DNA of 64,000 nt, taken from positions 170,028 to 234,027 of the forward strand of contig CALEDH010000008.1 in assembly GCA_937949785.1 (NCBI GenBank), read 5' to 3'. The translations under genes and the position numbers were made by a program. The notes under the pieces are model-generated. The model was not told where the DNA came from, did no database searches, and worked only from the letters and a program-made list of their open reading frames with translations. Source of the stretch: an uncultured Sulfolobales archaeon (GTDB lineage: Archaea; Thermoproteota; Thermoprotei_A; Sulfolobales; NBVN01). This document shows, piece after piece, positions 46,611 to 54,514 of this stretch (positions are counted from its first letter, which is position 1; every line of letters starts with the position of its first letter).

Positions 46611-48787
46611 CCAATAGTAATAGCTAGGATGTATATTAAAAGAATAGCTAATGTAATAACATAAGTGGTTAGGAAGGTATCCATGTCAGCAGAGCCCACA
46701 GCGTTTAATAACAATGTTAAGTGTTTTAAGAAGAACCTCCCTATACTTCCAAACACCAAGCTGAATAGGTAATTCACACCGGTGAAAACTGCTTCACCAA
46801 CCCTCACACCAACTACCTTAATACTTATTTGATGTCTCTTAAAGAAGGCCTTAGCAGATAGAAAAGCCCTTACTAAGTCAAGTAGGTAATTCACACCGGT
46901 AGAAATTACTTCGATAAACCCCTTACCAGCTCCTCTAACGATTACCTGTTGTCTTCTAAGAGAATTCTTAATGATTAGAAAAGCTTTCTTCGAACGTGGC
47001 GCCTGCAACAGTAAGAACTGCCTCACCGACTTAAGCTTAACTACCATTTCAGTAGATACTTCCCATAACCTCCGCGTACTTACCATCTCTCTAAACCTAG
47101 GTCTAGATGTTATTTCAGCTAGGATGGGTGAGATATGTAGGAGACGTTGTTCGTATACGAGTACCGCCAGTAGTACGCCGGAGAATATAGCTGTAATCGT
47201 TGAGCCGATGAGGATAGAGTTATCATGAACCATATGAATTTCCTCAATCACAGTTACCAACCTTATTAAATATCCCTTAACGTCAAAACCTATAACCCCA
47301 ATTATTAATGAAGTTAAAGCGAGTAGGAGGGGTGGGTAGTACATTAACCTACTTACAGCATGATGCTCGTGGAGGACGTTACTGGACGTGCTGAACGTTA
47401 TGATAAGCATTCTGGTCATATAGAAGGCCGTTAGGAAGTTTCCTATAATTATAGCTAGAAATAACGTGTAATACCCATTACCAACTATTACTTCAATTAA
47501 GAACTCCTTACTCCAAAAACCTATTAATGGGGGAACACCTATTAGGCTTAGAGAGGATATTAAGGCAATTACGAATAAATGCCTAAAATCTTTGAGGTAT
47601 ACCCTCATCTCATCTATATATAGCGTACCGGTTACATGTATTAAAACTCCGGCGACTAGGAAGAGCGCAGACTTAGATAGTGCATGACTAATTAGGTGGT
47701 ACATAGTTGCAGTTCCAGCTATTAAAGGCATTTCCATAAAGCCGGCAACACCTAAGATAACGAACATAAGACCTATCTGACTGATCGTTGAGTATGCTAA
47801 TATCCTCTTCAACTCAACACCTCGCCCAGCATTAACAGCACCACCGATCATTGATATAACCCCGGAGAGTATGAGTATGTAGAATATTATCAACACGTTA
47901 CTGTATGTTTGAGTTATTGCTGTTAGATGTGGAAGTAGGCGGAGTATTATGTAGACACCGGCCTTAACCATAGTTGCTGAGTGTAGAAGTGCTGATACAG
48001 GTGTTGGGCCAGCCATAGCGTATGGTAACCATACGTGTAGGGGGAATTGAGCTGATTTAGACATAGGGCCTATGAGGAATAGGAGTAGTGAGAGAATTAC
48101 TAACCACTCAGGTATGCCCCTACCGGCCAACATAATTGCTAGGTCTTCATAGTAAGGCGATCCTACTAATGTTACAAGCATTAAGATACCTAACAACATT
48201 AGAGCATCTGCACAGCCTACGATTAAGAACGTGATGAAGGAAGAATAGCTTGGCCTGTAAAGCGGTGCCTTATTAGGAGGCCCCCCAATCCAGTACTCCC
48301 TCTCATCACCGTAGTAGTAACCAATTAATAAATAACTACATAGGCTCATACCCTCCCAACCTACGAACATTAGGATGAAGTTATCTGAGTTAATGACAAC
48401 TAACATACTTGCCATGAAGACTAACATTAAAATCCAATACCTTCTAGTATCGCTGTATTTTCCATCCATCCTCATATAGCTAATAGAATATGTGAGAATT
48501 AGAGCTGTTAACCCGCATACTAGAGAACTTACCAACCCACTTAGGGGGTCTAATGTGAAGGAAATGTCTATAGGCTTAATATACGGTAATCTTAACCATT
48601 CACTAACTAATTCAACGTTCACAGGGCCTACGTGAATCACCTCAAACAGTAGGATTAGGGAAGCAGTTAGAGATGTGAGGGAAGTTATAAGTGAGATAAC
48701 CCCTAGTAGTAGGCTATCCCTCATAGTAAGTAGTAGTAGTGCTATTAGTACAGGTAAGACAAACTCGACGGCCAGTAATTCCCTCAT
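46607..48787 (-). CDS. NuoL/MrpA-like antiporter-type membrane subunit with a long C-terminal amphipathic arm and terminal TM
   Basis: Motifs 'HVWLPYAMAGPTPVSALLHSATMVKAG', 'ILAYSTISQIGLM' and 'HALSKSALFLVAG'. The C-terminal ~200 aa is basic and amphipathic, ends in a TM helix, and resembles the NuoL lateral-helix architecture. Confidence 0.8.
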   Translation of the reverse strand: MRELLAVEFVLPVLIALLLLTMRDSLLLGVISLITSLTSLTASLILLFEVIHVGPVNVELVSEWLRLPYIKPIDISFTLDPLSGLVSSLVCGLTALILTYSISYMRMDGKYSDTRRYWILMLVFMASMLVVINSDNFILMFVGWEGMSLCSYLLIGYYYGDEREYWIGGPPNKAPLYRPSYSSFITFLIVGCADALMLLGILMLVTLVGSPYYEDLAIMLAGRGIPEWLVILSLLLFLIGPMSKSAQFPLHVWLPYAMAGPTPVSALLHSATMVKAGVYIILRLLPHLTAITQTYSNVLIIFYILILSGVISMIGGAVNAGRGVELKRILAYSTISQIGLMFVILGVAGFMEMPLIAGTATMYHLISHALSKSALFLVAGVLIHVTGTLYIDEMRVYLKDFRHLFVIALISSLSLIGVPPLIGFWSKEFLIEVIVGNGYYTLFLAIIIGNFLTAFYMTRMLIITFSTSSNVLHEHHAVSRLMYYPPLLLALTSLIIGVIGFDVKGYLIRLVTVIEEIHMVHDNSILIGSTITAIFSGVLLAVLVYEQRLLHISPILAEITSRPRFREMVSTRRLWEVSTEMVVKLKSVRQFLLLQAPRSKKAFLIIKNSLRRQQVIVRGAGKGFIEVISTGVNYLLDLVRAFLSAKAFFKRHQISIKVVGVRVGEAVFTGVNYLFSLVFGSIGRFFLKHLTLLLNAVGSADMDTFLTTYVITLAILLIYILAITIG
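46766..46999 (-). repeat. Intragenic tandem duplication, 2 x 117 bp (39 codons), inside the C-terminal arm of the NuoL-like gene
   Basis: The units are 46766-46882 and 46883-46999. They share an identical 18-nt core 'taggtaattcacaccggt' (at 46766 and 46883) and 'tagaaaagc' (at 46859 and 46976), exactly 117 nt apart. The peptides 'AFLIIKNSLRRQQVIVRGAGKGFIEVISTGVNYLLDLV' and 'AFLSAKAFFKRHQISIKVVGVRVGEAVFTGVNYLFSLV' align. Confidence 0.8.
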
Positions 48788-48816
48788 CTCTACTCCTTGC
48801 CTAAATTCTGAATCAG

Positions 48817-48825
48817 TATTTAAAT
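48817..48825 (-). promoter_or_regulatory. TATA box of the NuoL-like/NuoM-like two-gene unit
   Basis: 'atttaaata' on the coding strand is centred ~34 nt upstream of the ATG (48787), with a 'ggag' just before the start. Confidence 0.4.
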
Positions 48826-48896
48826 CTTAGAAGAGAGTAGGTAAATTTCCTAAGACCTGGTAGACATTCTTACTCGGTTAAATGTCTTGAAGACGT

Positions 48897-49949
48897 TTAA
48901 ATACTGGTTAGGTAATTCCCTATAGACCTTCCAGCTATTAAGCCGTCTCTTAAAGCTAAGCCGATCTTAGAAGGACCTAAGACTACGTCACCAGCTGCGT
49001 AAACCCCTTTTCGAGTGGTTTCCCTTAACTCATTTACTAATATCCTCCCATCCCTACCTAGCCTTATCCCTAATTCGTTATCAAGAACCGGAGGTGTAGG
49101 TGTCTCACCGATGCTGTTGATGATTATGTCAACCTCTAATTCGAAGTCACTACCATCTATAGGTATTGGCTTAGGTCTACCGCTTTCATCAGGTTCTCCC
49201 AACTTACACCTAATAAGCCCTACAGACCTTACTAAGCCACTACTAGTATTTATCTTAGTAGGTATGACTAAATCCACCAATAACACCCCCATATTAACTA
49301 GCTTCATTAACTCCTTCTCACCTGCCGGTGCCTCCTTTACAGTCCTCCTGTAGAGCATGTAGACCTTATAGGCCCCCATTCTCAACGCCTCCATAGCAGC
49401 ATCTACTGCTGAGAGTCCAGCCCCTATTACTGCAACCTTCTTACCGCTTAACTCTGGAATCGCAGACCTATCTAAGTAGCCTAACTCATACGCCTTAACC
49501 CTGAAGAGGAAGTCTAACGCCTTAAATACATTACTACTCCCCTCTCCATGAATACCTAAAGACTTAGACCTCCAGGCCCCCGTAGATATTAACACAGCGT
49601 GATAACTACTTACTAACTCGCTGAACTCTATCTTAGACCTCGCGAATTCATCCCCCTCATCGACGTCTCCCTTAGAACTCACCACCTTAGTAGAACCTAT
49701 GAAGTTAACGTTATATGACGTAAGCACTTCTTTAACCCCCTCCCTAATCCTCCCAGCATCGATTCTAACGTTAGGTATGGCGAATAACGGCAACCCGCCT
49801 GGCTCAGGAAGTTTATCGTACATATCTACCTCAGCACCGCTACACCCTAAATAGCTAGCTGCTACCAAGCCCGCAGGGCCGGAACCAACTACCGCCACCT
49901 TCCTACCGCCTAACTTCCTCTCCGGCATGCATGCTAGGTTAAACCTCAT
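48897..49949 (-). CDS. FAD/NAD(P)-dependent oxidoreductase, glutamate synthase small-subunit (GltD)-like, lacking the N-terminal Fe-S domain
   Basis: Two dinucleotide folds, 'VAVVGSGPAGLVAASYL' and 'KVAVIGAGLSAVDAA', and the C-terminal 'VYAAGDVV'. Confidence 0.7.
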   Translation of the reverse strand: MRFNLACMPERKLGGRKVAVVGSGPAGLVAASYLGCSGAEVDMYDKLPEPGGLPLFAIPNVRIDAGRIREGVKEVLTSYNVNFIGSTKVVSSKGDVDEGDEFARSKIEFSELVSSYHAVLISTGAWRSKSLGIHGEGSSNVFKALDFLFRVKAYELGYLDRSAIPELSGKKVAVIGAGLSAVDAAMEALRMGAYKVYMLYRRTVKEAPAGEKELMKLVNMGVLLVDLVIPTKINTSSGLVRSVGLIRCKLGEPDESGRPKPIPIDGSDFELEVDIIINSIGETPTPPVLDNELGIRLGRDGRILVNELRETTRKGVYAAGDVVLGPSKIGLALRDGLIAGRSIGNYLTSI

Positions 49950-50018
49950 CTAAATCCCTAATCCTTTAACTCTCACTATTAATAAATAATTCCATAATAA
50001 TGTATAGAGGGTTTAACG

Positions 50019-50831
50019 ATGTGGGCCGGTATTTACGTCATAGCTGCGTCAATGCTGTGGTCTACGATAGGTGTAGCAGTACTGCTTAGCAGTGATGTAA
50101 TTGCCATGCTCATCACACGTTCACTGCTGATCGCCTTAGTAGGTTTAGCGTTCTTTAGATCTCTGTCAAGGGCATCAGTACTTAGTGGTACGGTGTTAGG
50201 GGTGCTCTTCATATCCTATACGGTTTCAGTTATTTTAACTGGTGTAGGGCCTGCAGCTTACCTACTCTACACAGCACCTCTATGGAGTTCCTTAATAGCG
50301 CTTAAATACGGGGAGAGGATTAGTAGTACATCGTTGTTAGGGATGGCCTTAGTATTAATTTCAGTGTTCTTAATGTATCTTGAAAGCCTGGTAAGTAGTA
50401 CTGTGAGTTTCTACGGACTTTTACTAGGACTTTTAACAGGTCTTATCTACGGCTCATACATCTCAATCGTTAGGTATTTCTCGTCGAAGGGTTTTGATAA
50501 GGAGGTTTCCTTAGGTGCTATGCCGTACGTCTCATTAGTAGTACTACCTCTAATACTCTACTACTTAATGAATCCCAATACTCAGGGTGTAGTTAATTCG
50601 GTAGTCGCTGGCTCCTACCTAGCTGTCTTCTGTACGTTAATACCTTATAGACTCTTCGCTAAAGGCGCTAAATACTTAAAAGCATCAACAACATCTGTAA
50701 TCGCCTCCATAGAACCTGTATTTGCATCGGTATGGGACTACCTCATATTCGGCAGAACTCCTACAGAACTCCTACTTACCGCATACGTATTGATGACCCT
50801 TGCACTACTCTTAGTGTCGGTTAAGAAGTAA
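50019..50831 (+). CDS. EamA/DMT-family transporter
   Basis: A ~10-TM protein with an EamA-like repeat pattern. Confidence 0.55.
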   Translation: MWAGIYVIAASMLWSTIGVAVLLSSDVIAMLITRSLLIALVGLAFFRSLSRASVLSGTVLGVLFISYTVSVILTGVGPAAYLLYTAPLWSSLIALKYGERISSTSLLGMALVLISVFLMYLESLVSSTVSFYGLLLGLLTGLIYGSYISIVRYFSSKGFDKEVSLGAMPYVSLVVLPLILYYLMNPNTQGVVNSVVAGSYLAVFCTLIPYRLFAKGAKYLKASTTSVIASIEPVFASVWDYLIFGRTPTELLLTAYVLMTLALLLVSVKK

Positions 50832-51037
50832 ACAGCATTAGGCTCGGACACTCTAACCCTTTTTAAGTGGGGGGAAAGCGTAAAGCATATGATGGTTGAG
50901 GGTCTGAAGTAGGTGTTAATGCAATGGAATTTTCACTTAACTTCATAACCCTTAATCCCTTCAGAACTCGTCGAAGTCTTTATTATGGTACCTGTATCTG
51001 GGCAGACCTCCCAGCACACAATCATAAATATCAACGC

Positions 51038-51406
51038 TTAAACCTCCCTACCATGAATTTGATGACGGTGGTTCCTCCTCTTATCCAATGAGAGTTTATG
51101 GTAGTATCCGAATTCCCTCCTCTCACCGAAGGCTTCCACACCTTTGGCTCTCAGCTCTTCCCTTAACTTATCCGCTAATTCCTTACTTATCTCCCCTCTC
51201 TTCTCTAGATAGTTAATGACCTCTAAGCCTTCCTCGACGTTCTTAGCCCTACCTAAGAAGTCATAAACGTTCGGGGAGTAATTTGTTAGGGGGTCTTTAG
51301 ATAGTTCGTAGATGTTAGACGTGGATTTCCTATCATCTAATATTTCCTTCGACAGCTTAGGGAAAAGCTTCCGAAATTCCTCAACATCGAATTCAGGCAA
51401 TATCAC
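51038..51406 (-). CDS. Conserved archaeal protein (DUF2095-like)
   Basis: 'EEGLEVINYLEKRGEISKELADKLREELRAKG' resembles, from my memory, the conserved core of the archaeal DUF2095 family. Confidence 0.4.
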   Translation of the reverse strand: MILPEFDVEEFRKLFPKLSKEILDDRKSTSNIYELSKDPLTNYSPNVYDFLGRAKNVEEGLEVINYLEKRGEISKELADKLREELRAKGVEAFGERREFGYYHKLSLDKRRNHRHQIHGREV

Positions 51407-51509
51407 TACCGAGTATTAAATCTTTATTACGTTTTTAAAAGTATATTTTATTGGTTTGATGACGCCTTCGATCGCTGATTACCGTGATGACGGCAGGGTT
51501 TAGCTGAAC

Positions 51510-51719
51510 TTAAACCTCAACAACCTTACATTTAAGCTTGCTTAGAAAGTCATCAAGTCTTTCTAAAGGTATTTTATAGGTGAGTAGGTATTTCTTAGTC
51601 CTAAACTTGATCTTAGCTACTCCCCCCTTCTCTAACCTCTTAACCCTACATTCTACCGCTACACTACCTAACTTTATCGCTTGTTCCTCATCTTTTACCT
51701 CGAGAGGCATACTTACCAC
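51510..51719 (-). CDS. rpl38e: Large-subunit ribosomal protein L38e
   Basis: At 69 aa, 'VAKIKFRTKKYLLTYKIP-LERLDDFLSKLK' aligns with eukaryotic L38 '[30 protein letters not shown]'. Confidence 0.55.
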   Translation of the reverse strand: MVSMPLEVKDEEQAIKLGSVAVECRVKRLEKGGVAKIKFRTKKYLLTYKIPLERLDDFLSKLKCKVVEV

Positions 51720-51765
51720 ATAATATCTACGATTTACACAGGCTTTTAAGCATTTAAACTCCCTT

Positions 51766-52329
51766 CTACGTAGAATATAAGTCCTTATTAACCCTCGGTA
51801 CTAACGCCATTAAGACTGAGTAGAAAACTAAGTCATCTCTCAACACATGTCCATTGGTTAGGAGTTTGATGAAGCCGCCATACTCACCTATACTCTTAGT
51901 TTTAAAGTAGTTGTCAACCAACATTTCTAACTCATTAGCACCCCCACCTAACAACTCCTTAACAAATCTTGACGGGACCTCAAACGCGGGGCTTAACCCG
52001 TAGGTGATCAATCCACACCTATCAGCTATTACCGCTACGTGGACATCAAACCAAGTACCATGTAGGTTAAACAGACCTGCTTCAATACCTACTCCATGCT
52101 CAGCACTACTCGTTAATTCTAAGGACTTCCTCGCCCTAATTAACGCACCTCTAAACACCGTCTCTAGATCTAGGGGTTGCGGTGTAACCTCCGAAGAAAT
52201 CTTAAGTCCGACTACCTGTAATTCCCTTACGAATAACTTATATGCTCTCTCAACACCTTTTAACTTAGATCTGTTCTCACTCCCCACACATACTAACATT
52301 CGCTGATTCCTTATTGAATTTAACATCAT
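51766..52329 (-). CDS. Inosine/xanthosine triphosphatase (YjjX/DUF84 non-canonical NTPase)
   Basis: It aligns with E. coli YjjX: 'VCVGSENRSKLKGVERAY', 'GVGIEAGL' and the C-terminal 'VLRDDLVFYSVLMALVP'. The start is probably the internal Met (MLVCVGS..., ~52299). Confidence 0.7.
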   Translation of the reverse strand: MMLNSIRNQRMLVCVGSENRSKLKGVERAYKLFVRELQVVGLKISSEVTPQPLDLETVFRGALIRARKSLELTSSAEHGVGIEAGLFNLHGTWFDVHVAVIADRCGLITYGLSPAFEVPSRFVKELLGGGANELEMLVDNYFKTKSIGEYGGFIKLLTNGHVLRDDLVFYSVLMALVPRVNKDLYST

Positions 52330-52472
52330 AATATCTAATAAAACTTGTTATTAGCGTGTGGTTTAAGTAATAACATATGGGTTACGTAGTTCGAAGGACG
52401 GCTTTAATCTACGGCCATCAAACACCGTGAAGATATCCGCAGTATTTAAATATCACATTTCCCTAAACAGTC

Positions 52473-52739
52473 TTGGTGGCATTGGTAATGAGTTCAAGAA
52501 CCGACGTTATAGAGCAGATTAAAGACTTGTATAGCATTACCTTATTCTTTAGAGATAACGCCGTAGACGATGACTTCTACAACGCGTTAGATAGCGTACT
52601 ACAAATGATTGAGGAGTTCCTTGGAAGGGGTGAGGTAAGTGAGGAATTAATTAAAGAATTTGTAAATAGGTTGTATAGTTATGTTAGGTCGAATCCGTTA
52701 ACTAAGTTCTTAGCCATATATGTTAGGGATTATCTGTAA
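52473..52739 (+). CDS. Hypothetical small helical protein
   Basis: The only evidence is the ORF. A TATA-like 'gtatttaaatat' lies ~25 nt upstream. ATG 52488 is an alternative start. Confidence 0.3.
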   Translation: MVALVMSSRTDVIEQIKDLYSITLFFRDNAVDDDFYNALDSVLQMIEEFLGRGEVSEELIKEFVNRLYSYVRSNPLTKFLAIYVRDYL

Positions 52740-52741
52740 GG

Positions 52742-53734
52742 TTATTTAAGTATCTGCGGATTTACAGGATTTAACGGCGGCAGCCCCTTAAACCTGCGGA
52801 CTATCTCCTCAGCAGCTGTTAGTGATACCCTCCTCCAACTCTCATATGTTGAGCCACCTATATGCGGTGTTATAACTACGTTAGGGAGCTTGTAGAGCGG
52901 GTGTTCCTTAGGCAGGGGTTCTGGGTCAGTTACATCTAATGCAGCTCCTGCAATCCAACCATCTCTTAAAGCCTTGTAGAGAGCTTCGTTATCTATCAAC
53001 CCACCACGCGCTGTATTCACTATTATTGCTGTTGGCTTCATTAACTTAAGCTTCTCCTCACCGATTATGTGGTAGGTCTCCTTTGTTAGGGGGGCATGTA
53101 CTGATATTATATCTGATTGCTTAAGCAGTGTGTCTAGGTCTACCAACTTAACACCTAATTCCTTAGCTCTAGCCTCAGATACGTACGGGTCGTAGGCTAA
53201 GACGTCAGCTACCTCCATAGCTCTAACTATCCTAGCAACTCTCCCCCCAATATTACCTATACCGACTAACCCTACTACCTTCCCATATACCTCATTACCC
53301 ACTCCGTAGGCCATGGCCTCATCCCACCTACCGTCGAGCATCTTATCGATGACTAAGTGGAGCTTCCTTAAGATCGCGATCATTAAACCTATGGTTAACT
53401 CAGCAACTGCCTGAGCATTAGCCCCAGGTGTGTAGGTAACTAACACACCCCTCCTACTAGCCTCCTCTACATCAACTCTATCGAAGCCAACACCGTGAAC
53501 TGAAACTATCTTAAGGTTAGGGCATACATCCATCACTGCCTTATCAACACGGCCAATCCTAACCAATATTGCATCAGAACCTCTAACTTCCTTCACTACA
53601 TCTTCATCAGCAACCCAACCTTTAGTGATAATGTGCTTTACGGTGAAGCCCTCCCTAACTAGAAGTTCTACAGCATTCTCATGTATTGGGGCACTCCTAG
53701 TTGAGAGTAAGGCTACAACATACTCTTTACCCAT
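52742..53734 (-). CDS. D-isomer-specific 2-hydroxyacid dehydrogenase (glyoxylate/hydroxypyruvate reductase or phosphoglycerate dehydrogenase-like)
   Basis: NAD fold 'GLVGIGNIGGRVARI', 'NTARGGLID', 'LDVTDPEP' and 'TPHIGGST'. Confidence 0.85.
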   Translation of the reverse strand: MGKEYVVALLSTRSAPIHENAVELLVREGFTVKHIITKGWVADEDVVKEVRGSDAILVRIGRVDKAVMDVCPNLKIVSVHGVGFDRVDVEEASRRGVLVTYTPGANAQAVAELTIGLMIAILRKLHLVIDKMLDGRWDEAMAYGVGNEVYGKVVGLVGIGNIGGRVARIVRAMEVADVLAYDPYVSEARAKELGVKLVDLDTLLKQSDIISVHAPLTKETYHIIGEEKLKLMKPTAIIVNTARGGLIDNEALYKALRDGWIAGAALDVTDPEPLPKEHPLYKLPNVVITPHIGGSTYESWRRVSLTAAEEIVRRFKGLPPLNPVNPQILK

Positions 53735-53782
53735 TCAACTCACCGTGAGGAATGGTATGGACGCCGTTAAAATACTTTACAA

Positions 53783-53901
53783 TGGTAGCCGGGCGGGGAT
53801 TCGAACCCCGGTCGCGGGGGTTCTTCCAGCCGAGGACCAAACTCGGGGGTAGTCATAGCTAGCTACCTGCCCCGCATCCTTGGCCGCTAGACGACCCGGC
53901 T
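53783..53901 (-). tRNA. tRNA-Gln (anticodon UUG) with two introns (27 nt at 32/33, genomic 53842-53868; 16 nt at 37/38, genomic 53821-53836); CCA encoded
   Basis: The acceptor is AGCCGGG/CCCGGCU (A1-U72), discriminator A, with CCA. The D-arm is GUCU-AGCGGCCAA-GGAU and the T-arm is CGGGG-UUCGAAU-CCCCG. The variable loop is 4 nt (CGAC) and the anticodon stem is CGGGG/CCCCG, the same architecture as archaeal tRNA-Gln. Both introns are flanked by bulge-helix-bulge motifs with symmetric cleavage positions. The spliced loop is CUUUGGC. Confidence 0.8.
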
Positions 53902-53926
53902 TCAGTGAAATATTTAAATAAGTGTA

Positions 53927-53935
53927 AATTTAAAT
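53927..53935 (-). promoter_or_regulatory. TATA box of the tRNA-Gln promoter
   Basis: 'atttaaatt' on the tRNA strand lies ~26-34 nt upstream of the mature 5' end (53901). Confidence 0.45.
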
Positions 53936-54043
53936 GTTTACGGTTTTGAGGTATTACCAGGATATTACCTAACTGATATGGCTACCTGATTAAACTCTAA
54001 TACAGTATCTCTTATAACCTACGTTATACGATATAGTTTTCAG

Positions 54044-54514
54044 GTGTTAGGAATGTTGAAGAGCTGCTGTATCACTAAGTTATTAATGGATGTAGGCATA
54101 AATTCTGACTTCAGGTTGTTTAAGGATAGATTACTAGCCCAGAAGGTGGTGTACATAGCTCAAACGCTCTTCAACATTAATTTCGGATATAGGTTTATAT
54201 GGCATATTAGAGGTCCTTACTCAAAGGCGTTAAGCAAGGACTTAAGAGCTCCTGAGGGGTATAGCATGTGTAGGTGTCCAGAACTAGATAATAACTCGGT
54301 TTTAAGGCTTAAATCTCTGATAAACGAGTTAAGAGGTTTGAACGTAGATTTAAGCCTATCACTTGAGATAATCGCTAGTTATTTAATGCTCTCTAAGGAT
54401 GTCTATCCAAGACCTGAAGACCCTGCTAAGGAGTTACTTCTGAGAAAACCATATATAGGTCATGAAAATATTAGCGCTATTTTAAATGTTTTCAGTAAGT
54501 ACTCCCATACCTAA
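54044..54514 (+). CDS. Hypothetical protein, weak resemblance to Panacea/DUF4065 (SocA-like antitoxin) domain
   Basis: 'LLAQKVVYIAQTLFNINFGYRFIWHIRGPYSKALSKDL' resembles the Panacea core (K-l-l-Y-x-a-q ... W-x-x-GP-y-s). This is a motif-level call only. Confidence 0.3.
   Translation: MLGMLKSCCITKLLMDVGINSDFRLFKDRLLAQKVVYIAQTLFNINFGYRFIWHIRGPYSKALSKDLRAPEGYSMCRCPELDNNSVLRLKSLINELRGLNVDLSLSLEIIASYLMLSKDVYPRPEDPAKELLLRKPYIGHENISAILNVFSKYSHT

Noticed and set aside
48897-49949. The GltD-like NAD(P)H flavoprotein as the redox input module of the adjacent NuoL-like/NuoM-like pair, that is, a novel NAD(P)H-driven ion pump.
   Set aside because: The 109-bp gap contains a well-placed TATA box and a ribosome-binding-like 'ggag' for the NuoL-like gene, so the units look independently transcribed. 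No connecting Fe-S or quinone-site subunits are present. I kept this only as a remote possibility inside the NuoL/M finding.
50832-51037. A C/D-box-like string, 'atgatgg ttgagggt ctga', in the 206-bp gap after the second EamA gene.
   Set aside because: The C box is imperfect, the spacer to CUGA is too short (8-9 nt), and there is no C'/D pair or terminal stem on either strand.
53830-53846. A perfect 5-bp stem with a 7-nt loop, 'CCGAG-UUUGGUC-CUCGG', inside the tRNA gene. It could be read as a tRNA-Pro(UGG) anticodon arm. I also considered an initiator tRNA-Met identity because of A1-U72 and the GGG/CCC anticodon stem.
   Set aside because: As an anticodon arm it would have U at position 37, and it would leave 28 nt and 19 nt of unplaceable sequence on either side. 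No CAU is available for tRNA-iMet. The two-intron tRNA-Gln(UUG) model uses every nucleotide, yields a 76-nt tRNA and gives BHB motifs at all four junctions.
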